From the sequence record OQ378934.1: a DNA stretch of 64,000 nucleotides. One strand, 5' to 3'. Shown here one piece after another: positions 39,497 through 50,100 of the stretch. A model generated the notes under the pieces. That model was not told the origin of the DNA. It ran no database searches and saw only the letters and a list, made by a program, of their open reading frames with translations. The position numbers and the translations under genes were made by a program. Source of the DNA: Escherichia phage LH2. Each line of letters starts with the position of its first letter. The first letter of the stretch is position 1.

Positions 39497-39769
39497 ATGA
39501 ATAAAAACATTGATACAGTTCGTGAAATTATTACTGTTGCGTCTATTTTGATTAAATTTTCCAGAGAAGATATTGTTGAGAATCGTGCTAATTTTATCGC
39601 ATTTCTGAATGAGATTGGAGTAACGCATGAAGGTAGAAAGTTGAATCAGAATTCATTCCGTAAAATTGTTTCTGAATTAACTCAAGAAGATAAGAAAACC
39701 CTCATCGACGAATTCAACGAGGGTTTTGAGGGTGTATATCGATATCTAGAGATGTATACAAACAAATAA
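39497..39769 (+). CDS. asiA: anti-sigma70 factor AsiA
   Basis: 90 aa; MNKNIDTVREIITVASILIKFSRED... recognised as T4 AsiA. Confidence 0.9.
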   Translation: MNKNIDTVREIITVASILIKFSREDIVENRANFIAFLNEIGVTHEGRKLNQNSFRKIVSELTQEDKKTLIDEFNEGFEGVYRYLEMYTNK

Positions 39770-40426
39770 TTATTTAGCCCGTCCTAATATTCTGGCCGCC
39801 TGAGAACATATTGATTCAAGGCGGTCATTACTTATATGATCATTTCTATACCAGTACATGGTTATTGTTCCAGCATAGATGTTATCCAAATTAAAATATG
39901 GACAACTGTACATGTAATTTATTTCGGGAGTAGGCTTTTTAGTTGGTAAAAAAGCAAATTTTGAATTGGAATAATAATGACGTCCATTTAAATGGACTGT
40001 ATATTCATCCATAGTTTTATCAACAGGATATCCTCCAAGTGATTTTTCACTTATTGTTGAAGGTAATTTTCCTTCATATGCTATAATATCAACAAAATAG
40101 TTTAAGTTTTTAGGGCGGAAAGAATACACCGCACTAAAGTCTGCCTCAGATGATATATGAACTATCTGGAGTTGTTCCAGGGCGACAGATTCAAAGCGTG
40201 CATTTCTTTCCTTTTCAATAATTTCACTGTATGTTTCATACTTTGATTGCTTATAGTACTCAAAGAAACTATCTCCCCTATACCAAACAATCGCCATTAT
40301 AAACAAAAGAATTACGACAGCTACCCGGGAAGCAAGAACTTTCCCGGTAGCGTTATCTTTGAACAAGCGATCTAGAACACCCAACAGAATATCAGAGGGC
40401 GAAAATGATATTCTAGGTGCTGCCAT
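39770..40426 (-). CDS. t: holin T
   Basis: 218 aa; N-terminal TM segment plus large periplasmic domain; recognised as T4 holin. Confidence 0.9.
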   Translation of the reverse strand: MAAPRISFSPSDILLGVLDRLFKDNATGKVLASRVAVVILLFIMAIVWYRGDSFFEYYKQSKYETYSEIIEKERNARFESVALEQLQIVHISSEADFSAVYSFRPKNLNYFVDIIAYEGKLPSTISEKSLGGYPVDKTMDEYTVHLNGRHYYSNSKFAFLPTKKPTPEINYMYSCPYFNLDNIYAGTITMYWYRNDHISNDRLESICSQAARILGRAK

Positions 40427-40456
40427 AGACCCTCCTTTTAAGGATATTTATTCAAA

Positions 40457-41248
40457 TTATACTCTTGCACCATATATTGTACCAACTTTAGTCCAAGTTG
40501 GAGCATTACCAGTAACAGCTTTACCCGCAGCACCACCCGAGTGAACAGTTCCTCCAGTACCGCCTTGAATATACGAAGACTTGCCAGCAGCTCCCAAATC
40601 TCCACCATTTCCTCCATAGTGAACCCCAGAAACAGTGCCTTTACCAGGAGCAGAAATTGTACCAGCAGATGCTGCCGACGCGCCGCCACCTGCTGCACCC
40701 GCTGCACCAAATGGACGACCTCCGCCGCCACCAAATATCATATCCATTTGAGGGAAAGGATGGTATCTAGCACCAGCGCCACCACCACCACCACCACCGA
40801 TAATACCATTATTGTTTATTCTTAAACGAGTTCCAATTCCGTTATTTATTGCAGTTCCTCCTGCTCCACCAGCAGAGTTACTTCCGCCATTTCCTCCTCG
40901 ACCTAATACATGAACCCCGCTATTAATATTTAAGGTAACGTATGCATTAGTTAATGAGCTAGGAAAATCTAAGCATGGAACACCAGTAGATTGAGAAACA
41001 ATATTTCCTGTAATAGTAACAACAACAGGAGTACTACCTTGAGATTTGAGATAATTTATTAGCGTGTCTTTATTATAAGAATTGCTAGCACCAATACTGT
41101 AATATACTTCTTTAGATTGTCCAGCCATTGAGCTCATCCAACCGGGAACTGAAACACGAACTGCTTTCATTGCAGCGTCCATCCAACGTTGTCCAGTTTC
41201 ATTCACGGCAGATTCACCAATCCAGCCAGGAACACCTACAATTGCCAT
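40457..41248 (-). CDS. 38: gp38 tail-fibre adhesin, T2/T6 type with glycine-rich motifs
   Basis: 263 aa; conserved N-terminus MAIVGVPGWIG...; C-terminal poly-Gly blocks (GGGGGGGAGA, GGGGG) flanking variable segments; unlike the 183-aa T4 chaperone-type gp38. Confidence 0.85.
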   Translation of the reverse strand: MAIVGVPGWIGESAVNETGQRWMDAAMKAVRVSVPGWMSSMAGQSKEVYYSIGASNSYNKDTLINYLKSQGSTPVVVTITGNIVSQSTGVPCLDFPSSLTNAYVTLNINSGVHVLGRGGNGGSNSAGGAGGTAINNGIGTRLRINNNGIIGGGGGGGAGARYHPFPQMDMIFGGGGGRPFGAAGAAGGGASAASAGTISAPGKGTVSGVHYGGNGGDLGAAGKSSYIQGGTGGTVHSGGAAGKAVTGNAPTWTKVGTIYGARV

Positions 41249-41278
41249 TAAAAATCCTTAGAGGGCCGAAGCCCTCTT

Positions 41279-44200
41279 TTACATAAGTTTAGATTCAAGT
41301 TCTTTTACACGAGCAGAAAGTGTTTTCACAGCTTCAACCAGAAGAGCAATCTGGGCTTGAGAAGAAACAGTGAGTATTTTATTACCCTTGCTATCTTCTG
41401 TTTCACGGACAGCTTCTGGTAAAACGTCTTGTAACGTTTGAGCCACAATACCCGCTTCAGTTTCAATTGCCTCTCCACCGATGTATTCAGCTTTATCGTA
41501 AATGACACCGTTAAGTTTTTCAACTTTATCAAGTGCATTTTCGATAGGTTTAAAGTTGGATTTTAAACGAATATCAGAACGAATATAAACGTTTGGAGCA
41601 TTTATATTTTTATATGAGTACAAATCGCCGTTTTGGAAACGGAATACTTGTGCGCTGTTCGCATATATGTCTAATAATCCATCGCCATTTTGCTTAATAC
41701 CAGTATCGTTATCACCAAATGTTATACTATTTCCACCAAGTGCGTTTGATGTATTGACACCGAATGCTCTCGCAGATCCGCATGATAGTATAGGAGCATA
41801 AAATGTTCCATCCATATCAAAAGTCCAACGAGCCTGTTGCCCTGATGTACTGTCACCACGCATGCGAATAATGCCTTGACGCCAAGTACCAGAAACACCC
41901 AACCATCCAAATTCAAACGATTGTCGATAACCCGTGTCAGTTAAAAAACTGTATCCAGAAAATAGCGGGTAATAAGATTGACTTGTCTTGGAAATGCCGC
42001 CTGTATTCACTAAAAATGCAGAACGGTCACGAGTCACATCTGAAATATCAGAAAAGCCAACATTCCACTGTCCAGCAACTTTAACTCGTGAATTAATGTT
42101 TCCATTAATAGTAACATCTTTACCAAAAGAAGTATTTTCGTCAAGACGAACAGTACCAGCAGTCATATCAATTGAAAATGGTCGTTTTCCATTCCAACCA
42201 CCTTCTGTTGCTGTGTTATCGCCGTCTGAAGCGTTTTTGTCGGTCAGTAAAATATAGAAGGTTCCACCATCATTTCGAAATAAAGCAGAATTAGAACCTG
42301 ACCTATCAGAATTACTCGTAATACGAATACCGGTTTGGTTATTAATAGCAATTTCAGATTCTGCTACATAACGCTTAGGCCCGTTAGGCGTTTTTTGCAA
42401 GTTATTCAATATACTTGCAACTTGACCTTGAATTGCCGTCTCAGGAAGTTCAACTGCAGTTTCTGTGGCGCCGGATGAATCTGAAGCAAATATTTGATTA
42501 ACATTAGCGTTCGGTGTGGCATAATATGAAACAGCCAACGCCTGAGCGTATGTACCTACATTCACATAGATATCATAAACATCGCCTGATGTATTAACAG
42601 TGGCAACGTTTTTAATACCTTGAGCAACATCCAACGACCAAACAACAGCATTAATGCCTTTAGGATTGTTGTTAGAAGTTCTTAAAACAATTTGCGAAAT
42701 AACACACTGGTGAGGAGTGGAAACATTATACCCATTCCCGCCTGAAATTTCAAATTTAATAGTTGAGGTTGATTGCGGCATTGTCACCGTTGCTAATTTA
42801 TACCAGCCGCCAGTACCTGAATAAGAAACCATTCGGGTATTGACTTTACGGTCTAATGTCAAGTTCAAGTTAGCAAAGTTGGGTAATGAACCACCGGTGA
42901 TATTACCATCAGTGCCAAGAGTAGCAGCACCGGCAATAATTTTACCTGCCGCGCGGAAATCGCCTGTGCGACGGAATTCCCAACTCAAATCAGTGCCACC
43001 CGTACCGGTGCCTTGGCGGTAATGAACACGGAAATCTCCTTGAGAAATTAAGGTACCAATAGAATAAGTACTATCACCTTGTACGTAACGTTGTTTAACA
43101 ATAGGAATATATTCAGAAGGAGCAGTACGCTCTATATTCATATAAATCGGAGCTCTTACGTTTGCGTCATTCTGGGATGCAAATGAACCACACCCTGCTG
43201 GACGAATGCCGTCAGAAGCTTCAATATCTATATAAGCGTTTTGTCCTAATTGCATTCTAAAATTGGCATTAATGCGAGAGTTACTGTTTATTGTAGTTAA
43301 AGCATTATTTTGATCTACTATAAAAGAATCTCTTCCTAACCCAACCATGCCATCGTTTAATCCTATTCTCACAGGTCTCAAAGAGCTGTGAATGTCTCCG
43401 CTTTCGCCTTCATTTTGATTGGTTGGAATAATATAAAAGTTACCTTCCGAACGACGGAAAATAGCACCATATTCAGCGTTCCAAATTCTTAGTGCGTTTG
43501 CTGTTCCGCCAAATTTAGCTTGTCCATTTACAGACAATCCATTATTTGCAACTAAGCTTGATTCGGTTGTAATAGAACCAGAAGTAACAATATTACCTGA
43601 AGTTAATAAACCACCATTAACTCGGAGTTGAATAGGCCCGACAGTCGAACCAGGTGCAGGAGCTACGCGTTGAGAATAAAAATGGTAACCTTGCCCATCA
43701 GCTACTTCAAAAACGGTTTCACGATTACGATCACCAGATGCGTTAAATGAATTACCCCATGCTTTAACAGTTACATAACTCTTATTCTGGCCTGGTCGAG
43801 TACCGCCTTCCCACATGATTTGCTTAGTGCCGTCAATACCTGAAGCTGCTTTAAAAACTAGAGAAGCATTAGTTCCATCACCATTAAAATATAATCCATT
43901 ATTAAGTTTTAATGTTTGAACAGAAGCGATGGTACCATCAGCACGCAAACTTAATGTATTTGCTCCAGTTTTAATATCTAAAATTCCTGGTTCAACAATA
44001 AGTCCTTCGGCCATACTAACTGACATACGGCCCCGGCCACGGAAATAGTGATACATTTTAGAATTACTGTTATAACCGATATGAGTTTGCCCATCACCGT
44101 TATTATTGCCATCAGCATCGGTGCGTGCGGTAAACATTGCTTGGTTGTTATTTGGGAAATCCCAAGTAGAACCGGAATCTCGACTATAACCAACTGTCAA

Positions 44201-45289
44201 TTTCTTAGTGCTGTTAATACCGTTATTCAAAATGGTAGCAGTTGAAATACCGTTAGCCATCAGGTCATAAACGCCATCGCGAACCCATTTAATACCGGTA
44301 TCGTTATCGCCAATCGCAATACCAATAGAAATTGCAGAATCTAAAGGATAACGCCCATTTACACCATTATCAGGAAGACCTACTGAAATAGATTTACCTG
44401 CAGTAATACGACCAGAGGTATCAAAGGCCCACTGGAAAGACGAAGGTCCTACGCCGGTCCACCAAGAAATTTCTTGTGGCTTTCCCGAACGACAGTCAAC
44501 TATTTCATGGAAAATGCTAGAAGTATTTGAAGCTCGCATTTTACGCATATAGTTCAATCCGTTTGTATCACGGTCAGAACCATCTGCTGGTGGATTATAA
44601 ATCCAAGTAGGTAAAGAAACAATGTCATAACCCGCGTCATTATTCGGGATAAAGGTTTTAGAACTCAAGTTAATATTTTTAGTAACAACCTTTGGACCTG
44701 AAATATAACCGTTACGAGATTCTAAATTGCCGTAGGCCCATAGATTACCGGAACCAACAGCAAGGTCACCGGAATCAACCTGGAAATTACCATTACGATT
44801 AAAAGTCCAATATTTAGATTCACCTGCTTCACCAATGAAGTGAATTTTAAAACTGCCTTCGTTTACTAGTGTACCTGCTGAAAAAGTGCCGTCTTTATAA
44901 CGTTGCTTAATCAAAGGGTGGTATTCAGACACTGAGGTAGTTGAACTCAAATCTGTAAAGATAGGGGCCTTATTAAGATGTTGGTTAGCCCAGGCACCGT
45001 TACCGGCGGTCTTAGGTAAAAATTCAATATATTTACCGGCATAAACAAATTGGTTACCATTAAGATTAAATGTCCCGTTTTGTAAATAACTACCATTTTG
45101 AGTTACATTACCATTAATGTCCCCACCTTTAGCAAAACCAAGATCAATGATATTTCCTAAATCATCTTTAGTAAAAATTGTTCTATCTTTTAAGTTTATA
45201 GCCAATTCACCTTCGGCTAATACCGAAGCAGCAGGACGTGCACCTGCGGTTTTGCTTCTTTTAAATTGTATTTGTTTTAAAGTAGCCAT
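41279..45289 (-). CDS. 37: long tail fibre distal subunit gp37 (T2-like, 1336 aa)
   Basis: N-terminus MATLKQIQFKRSK... as T4 gp37; much longer than T4 (1026 aa) with a divergent C-terminal region. Confidence 0.9.
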   Translation of the reverse strand: MATLKQIQFKRSKTAGARPAASVLAEGELAINLKDRTIFTKDDLGNIIDLGFAKGGDINGNVTQNGSYLQNGTFNLNGNQFVYAGKYIEFLPKTAGNGAWANQHLNKAPIFTDLSSTTSVSEYHPLIKQRYKDGTFSAGTLVNEGSFKIHFIGEAGESKYWTFNRNGNFQVDSGDLAVGSGNLWAYGNLESRNGYISGPKVVTKNINLSSKTFIPNNDAGYDIVSLPTWIYNPPADGSDRDTNGLNYMRKMRASNTSSIFHEIVDCRSGKPQEISWWTGVGPSSFQWAFDTSGRITAGKSISVGLPDNGVNGRYPLDSAISIGIAIGDNDTGIKWVRDGVYDLMANGISTATILNNGINSTKKLTVGYSRDSGSTWDFPNNNQAMFTARTDADGNNNGDGQTHIGYNSNSKMYHYFRGRGRMSVSMAEGLIVEPGILDIKTGANTLSLRADGTIASVQTLKLNNGLYFNGDGTNASLVFKAASGIDGTKQIMWEGGTRPGQNKSYVTVKAWGNSFNASGDRNRETVFEVADGQGYHFYSQRVAPAPGSTVGPIQLRVNGGLLTSGNIVTSGSITTESSLVANNGLSVNGQAKFGGTANALRIWNAEYGAIFRRSEGNFYIIPTNQNEGESGDIHSSLRPVRIGLNDGMVGLGRDSFIVDQNNALTTINSNSRINANFRMQLGQNAYIDIEASDGIRPAGCGSFASQNDANVRAPIYMNIERTAPSEYIPIVKQRYVQGDSTYSIGTLISQGDFRVHYRQGTGTGGTDLSWEFRRTGDFRAAGKIIAGAATLGTDGNITGGSLPNFANLNLTLDRKVNTRMVSYSGTGGWYKLATVTMPQSTSTIKFEISGGNGYNVSTPHQCVISQIVLRTSNNNPKGINAVVWSLDVAQGIKNVATVNTSGDVYDIYVNVGTYAQALAVSYYATPNANVNQIFASDSSGATETAVELPETAIQGQVASILNNLQKTPNGPKRYVAESEIAINNQTGIRITSNSDRSGSNSALFRNDGGTFYILLTDKNASDGDNTATEGGWNGKRPFSIDMTAGTVRLDENTSFGKDVTINGNINSRVKVAGQWNVGFSDISDVTRDRSAFLVNTGGISKTSQSYYPLFSGYSFLTDTGYRQSFEFGWLGVSGTWRQGIIRMRGDSTSGQQARWTFDMDGTFYAPILSCGSARAFGVNTSNALGGNSITFGDNDTGIKQNGDGLLDIYANSAQVFRFQNGDLYSYKNINAPNVYIRSDIRLKSNFKPIENALDKVEKLNGVIYDKAEYIGGEAIETEAGIVAQTLQDVLPEAVRETEDSKGNKILTVSSQAQIALLVEAVKTLSARVKELESKLM

Positions 45290-45297
45290 AAGTCCTC

Positions 45298-45963
45298 TTA
45301 ATAATAGCCGAAATCTTGAACAGAATCCTTAATTACGATTTGGTCAAATCGTGGAACGTGTGAAGGTTGAGATGCGGGATTCTGCGAGAAAAAGTTTGGC
45401 GCGGTTAAATTACCTGTCATAGTGTCGCCAGAACGCAACACTCTAGAGTTCGCATTTGCTGTAACAGTATTTATTGCTCCATCAACATAGTCCTTTCTAG
45501 TAAGGTCATTTGCTGATACAGGAGAAACTGCATTACTTCTTATTTGACCTACTGCTGTCACAACGCCTTTTGTACTAATATCACCATTACGTGCATTAAT
45601 TACAACATTTCGTTCCGCTGAACCTTGTGATGATTTAAAACCAATACCATTCCACGAAACAATATCAATATTTGCTACAGCAAAAGTAGCATTATCACCG
45701 TTACCTGGATAAATACCACATTGGTTTGTGTTGTTTATAGCATACGGAACTTGTACGCCACCGTTAAATGTTACCTTTGATGCATAAGTACCACCATTAG
45801 CTTTAGAAACGAAATCGTTATCAGTTGCCTGTGGTTTATTATATTCTGAATATATTTTAAATGATTTATAGAGTACATCGTCACCGGCTGGATTCAATGG
45901 AAAATTTCCTTGATGCCAAATGACAGAGCCTCCGGATGTTGAACCTACTTTTAAATCAGCCAT
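45298..45963 (-). CDS. 36: long tail fibre distal connector gp36
   Basis: 221 aa; position and length as T4 gp36. Confidence 0.85.
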   Translation of the reverse strand: MADLKVGSTSGGSVIWHQGNFPLNPAGDDVLYKSFKIYSEYNKPQATDNDFVSKANGGTYASKVTFNGGVQVPYAINNTNQCGIYPGNGDNATFAVANIDIVSWNGIGFKSSQGSAERNVVINARNGDISTKGVVTAVGQIRSNAVSPVSANDLTRKDYVDGAINTVTANANSRVLRSGDTMTGNLTAPNFFSQNPASQPSHVPRFDQIVIKDSVQDFGYY

Positions 45964-45986
45964 TGTATGCCCCTTTATTTTAATAG

Positions 45987-45994
45987 TATTTATA
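45987..45994 (-). promoter_or_regulatory. late promoter TATAAATA for gene 36
   Basis: Reverse complement of tatttata at 45987-45994, ~24 nt upstream of gene 36 start. Confidence 0.55.
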
Positions 45995-46002
45995 AAGAAA
46001 AA

Positions 46003-46020
46003 GGGAGCCCGAAGGCTCCC
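46003..46020 (-). terminator. hairpin between genes 35 and 36
   Basis: gggagcc-cgaa-ggctccc; T-tract on minus strand. Confidence 0.5.
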
Positions 46021-46025
46021 TCAAT

Positions 46026-47141
46026 TTATACTTCTCTAAATTCTTGTCCAAACACTTTACCAGTTTTAGACGATGCTTGTGTAGGAAGTACCATTATATC
46101 CGGAGGTGAAGCGGATTCACAGATATAATTAACACGAATACCATTGACGCCAAATTCAGCAGGTTTCGAAATGCCGCCATTTCTTGATACTTCAGAAAAG
46201 CTTAAATTTCGCATACCGCCTTGTCCCGCTTGAGCAGTTCTCTGTGCGTATATCGTAAATCCTACTGCGTTTTCTGGAACAACTACATAATCTTCCTTTA
46301 ATTCCCATGACCCAGCTTGTCCAGTAAATTCAGCCTGCGTTGAAGAAATATATCTGTTAGATGCATCATAAAATCGAATGGATATATTCGTAGTTCCAAG
46401 AGCAAGTAAATCAGCATCGGCGTATAGCTGTGTTTTAAGATAAAGAACATCACCAGGAATTAAATTATAATCAGAGAGTTTACTTATTGCAGCCGAAGTT
46501 GGTAAACGCGCGATTTCGTTATTAGTTCCACCAACCGCTGACATAAATTGCTCAACGCTTTCATACGTTCTTCTTGGAAACCCGGTAGCTCCAACATCTT
46601 CTAAACTGTCAAATACAACATCTAAAATAGTTTGATAATCATCTGTGCTTTTTCTATTACTCAGTTTAACATGCTCTAATGCAATAGCTCTTTTAGAAGA
46701 AGTATAAAAAGCAGCATATGATACGTCAAATCTTGACAATATAGAGTCAGATGGAAAAGCAGACGTTCCTGCGGTTCTTAACCAAGATACTACTTCAGGA
46801 GGAAAATTAACCTTTCCGTTAGTTAATATAGCAACAAGTCTATTGCTTGAAATAGAATTCATGAAGCTAACAAAAGCGGCAGATGTAGTATCATTTGAAG
46901 TCGAAAAAGCATATGACTTACTATCAACTAATGCTCCGGTGGAAGGGTCAAAAACTCTTAAATGAAGGCCTGCGCTAAATGTTTGATTTCCGATAGGATT
47001 ATCCTGAAATTTAACGTATGGTCCTGCTGTAGAAAGCGGGCAAGAACCCGCTATGCTTATTTTGTATCTTACTGAATTGCTTTCCGATAAAAATGGCGTT
47101 TGGACATATCCTTGTCCAAACTCTGCCATAAATTTTTCCAT
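46026..47141 (-). CDS. 35: long tail fibre hinge gp35
   Basis: 371 aa; position and length as T4 gp35. Confidence 0.85.
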   Translation of the reverse strand: MEKFMAEFGQGYVQTPFLSESNSVRYKISIAGSCPLSTAGPYVKFQDNPIGNQTFSAGLHLRVFDPSTGALVDSKSYAFSTSNDTTSAAFVSFMNSISSNRLVAILTNGKVNFPPEVVSWLRTAGTSAFPSDSILSRFDVSYAAFYTSSKRAIALEHVKLSNRKSTDDYQTILDVVFDSLEDVGATGFPRRTYESVEQFMSAVGGTNNEIARLPTSAAISKLSDYNLIPGDVLYLKTQLYADADLLALGTTNISIRFYDASNRYISSTQAEFTGQAGSWELKEDYVVVPENAVGFTIYAQRTAQAGQGGMRNLSFSEVSRNGGISKPAEFGVNGIRVNYICESASPPDIMVLPTQASSKTGKVFGQEFREV

Positions 47142-47149
47142 AATACCTC

Positions 47150-50100
47150 TTATTCAACCCATTCAAATTTAACAGATTTATTCACTGGGTCAGGAACAAT
47201 GCGAACATTACCAATTCGTAAGAAATCACGAATAGTAAGATTCCCCATTGTAGCATTATCAGATGGTAAAGCACCGATATCAGATGGTTGAGGAGGGTTA
47301 CCTCCATCAAATACCTGAACAAAACTCGACCAAGAGTTTTTGGTTTTCTGCCATGTACGTGTCCAACGGGTTGTACGTGCTTCTGGAGTTGTTGGATAAG
47401 TAATCCAATCTTGGTAAAGCGAATCAAGTGTGTTACCAAACTGAGTCAGTGTACCAGGAGATTTAACTTCTTCGCCACGTTCTAAGTATGGAAGCCCAGT
47501 CACTTCATTAGTTTTTTCAACCATTTTAAAATAACCCGGGAATTGGTTATAAGTAGCTGAATCATTAATATCGATTGACCAGAATCCTACTGTATCAGAT
47601 GTTGGCGCACGGGTATATAAATCAGATGTTTTATTACCCTGAGAACGAATTCTCGAGTTAACAGTTAAGCCACCTGAGTTTATAGTAACACCTTTGGCAA
47701 CGATTAAGCCTTCACCAATCGTTACTTGACCAGATGCATTGTTAATAGCTAAAGGACGTAATCCATTAAATCCGCCAGTCTGATCACCAGATGCAGTGAG
47801 CATAAAATATGTGCTAACGCCATCATTCCTGATAAAGAATCCATAATTACCATTTATTGCTCTAAAGGCATTTGCTGATTTACTGGTGAATTCGCCATTA
47901 GCAGTAACTGAACGACCGAATGTTGCAACGCCATTCACATTCATCAAACCGGAAGCATTAATATTTATTGGCATTACAGTACCATTAATGCTAAACGCTA
48001 TATTCCCGTCTTTATTACGTTGAGAATAAAAGTGATAAGATGTTTCATCACCAACTTCAAATACAGTAGAACGTGCTGTATCTGATCCGCCACCAAACTG
48101 ATTTCCCCAAACTTTGATAGCCATCGTCTGCGCTGGGTTAGTTCCAGTCTGAGGTCCTTTCTCAAAAATCAGACGAGTTGCCGTTCCAGTATTAGAAATA
48201 GTTAATGTACTATTTGCCGAAACTGATCCACCAAACGTAGCAGTACTAGATGATACAAGAGGGGCACTCAGATTCATTTGTTGGGTTAAGGTTAGTGAAC
48301 CATTAACCGTCTGTGCAATATCCCTACGAATGAACTGAGATGAATCTAGACCATCCAATAAATTTGTATCAGCAGCTTTTGCTTTTAACGGCAAATAATT
48401 TGCTAATACACGGTTTAATTCATATGGTGATACCGCATAGCTATTTTTCTCATATGATTCTAATGGCTGTGTTGAACCTACCGTATCATTACCAACGAAT
48501 GTAATTGAACCAGATGAAGTTTTAACAAAACCTCTTATCGCAGTAGTAGCTGCCCAGGTAGGTTCACTCTGCACAATCCATTTTAAATTTTTTGGAGATA
48601 CAGCAGTATTTGCTGACGTTCCAGTCACAGTTTCAGACTGAGTTGCAACTTTAATAACACCTTCTTGTGCTTCAGTAGATTTAGTACCTAAAAGCTTTTT
48701 AGGAGTTATTAAAACATTATCTAATTTTCCTGCAGCAGCTTCAACCTGTGTAGCTACACGAAGTGTACCACGCTGTGTCTCATTTGCTTCAAGAATATTA
48801 AGTGTATAATGGTCCCAGAGAGTTCCTGATTCAACTAATCCAGATAGAGCAACAACAGAAGTACGATCAGTACTATTAAATCTAGTTTTAATTTTTAATG
48901 GTGTAGAGATACGAGTATCGTCGACGCCTGCGTCGAATTCAACTTGTGTAGCAATTTCAGCTATACCACTTAAACTTTCAGTTGCTCTACGGTCATTTAA
49001 AGTTTTAGGAGTGACTGCACGAGTATAATCAGTCCCAGCATTAGTTTCTGCTTGCGTAGCAATTTCAATTAAACCAATTCTTCCATCAGTTGATGTCTTT
49101 TTATGTAACGTTTCTGGCGTTACAACAGCATTTGCCCATCCTTGCTGACTTTGTCCAGCAATTACTTCACTTTCAACTGCTAAAATTACTGCACCCTGTT
49201 GAGTAGGCGTAGCTTTATACTGATCCAAAGCTTTAGGCGAAACAACTAAATTATTAGTGTTTTTATTATAAACATTCGTACCATTTAATTCACGGCTAGA
49301 AGCTGGAGTAGCACCTGCAGTAGATACAAAGGTTACAATACCAGATAATGATTCAGAACCTTGTCGAGCTTGAAGCTTTTTAGGAGTAATGATTGTAGTA
49401 TCATCAGTACCTGCATTAGTTTCTTGCTGCGTAGCAATTTCAGCAACACCTCTACGAGTTTCTGTAGCAGTTCTTTCATTCAGCTTTTTAGGAGTAATGA
49501 TAAGATCATCAGCAAAAGAGAATGTGGTGTTCTGATTCACTTGAGCAGTAGTTGCTATTCTTGCAATACCTCTGCGAGTTTCAGTAGCAGTACGATTAGC
49601 TAACGTTTCTGGAGTAATTGCTAATTCTTTTTGTGGAGAATTTTCTAAATCGACATTAGCTTGAGCTTGTGTAGCTAAAGCAATTACGCCTAATCTTGCT
49701 CTAGTAGAATCATTTAAAGAGTCTACTCTTTCTACAGTTGGAACGTTTTGCTGTACTACCCAGTATTTTCCATCAGAATCTTCTATATAAGCAAGTTGTA
49801 AAACTGGAACATAATTAGTTTCACCGTTAAAAACTAATTCTTGAACAGTCACCCATTTAGTTTCAGGCGGATACTCTGAACGTTTTGGGAATTGCAGCAA
49901 TTGAACTGAAGAAGCAATTTTATCTTCACCGGCAGCTTTGATTTTAACTGTTTGTCCTTTTCTCATGTAATTCATGGAAATTTTAACAGTATCACCAACA
50001 GAAATATCAGTCGGAAGCTGAAGTTCAATTGTCTGAGCTGTTCCGTTATTCGCACCAAATACCATAACTTCTTCATTTGGACGAATATTAGAATTAGTCG

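Noticed and set aside
40438-40825. ORFs 40438-40734 (minus) and 40541-40825 (plus) overlapping gp38
   Set aside because: Arise from alternative frames of the GC-rich glycine-codon repeats of the gp38 adhesin; the gp38 frame has the conserved N-terminus and correct context.
40700-40900. Poly-glycine codon repeats (ggt/gga/ggc runs) that look like a tandem or CRISPR-like repeat at nucleotide level
   Set aside because: They are in-frame coding repeats of gp38 glycine-rich motifs, not spacer-repeat arrays; no CRISPR arrays seen anywhere in the window.
47100-47485. Small plus-strand ORFs (47100-47291, 47288-47485) at the 34/35 junction
   Set aside because: Antisense to the gene 34 C-terminus and gene 35 N-terminus with no start context; late tail-fibre block is minus-strand throughout.
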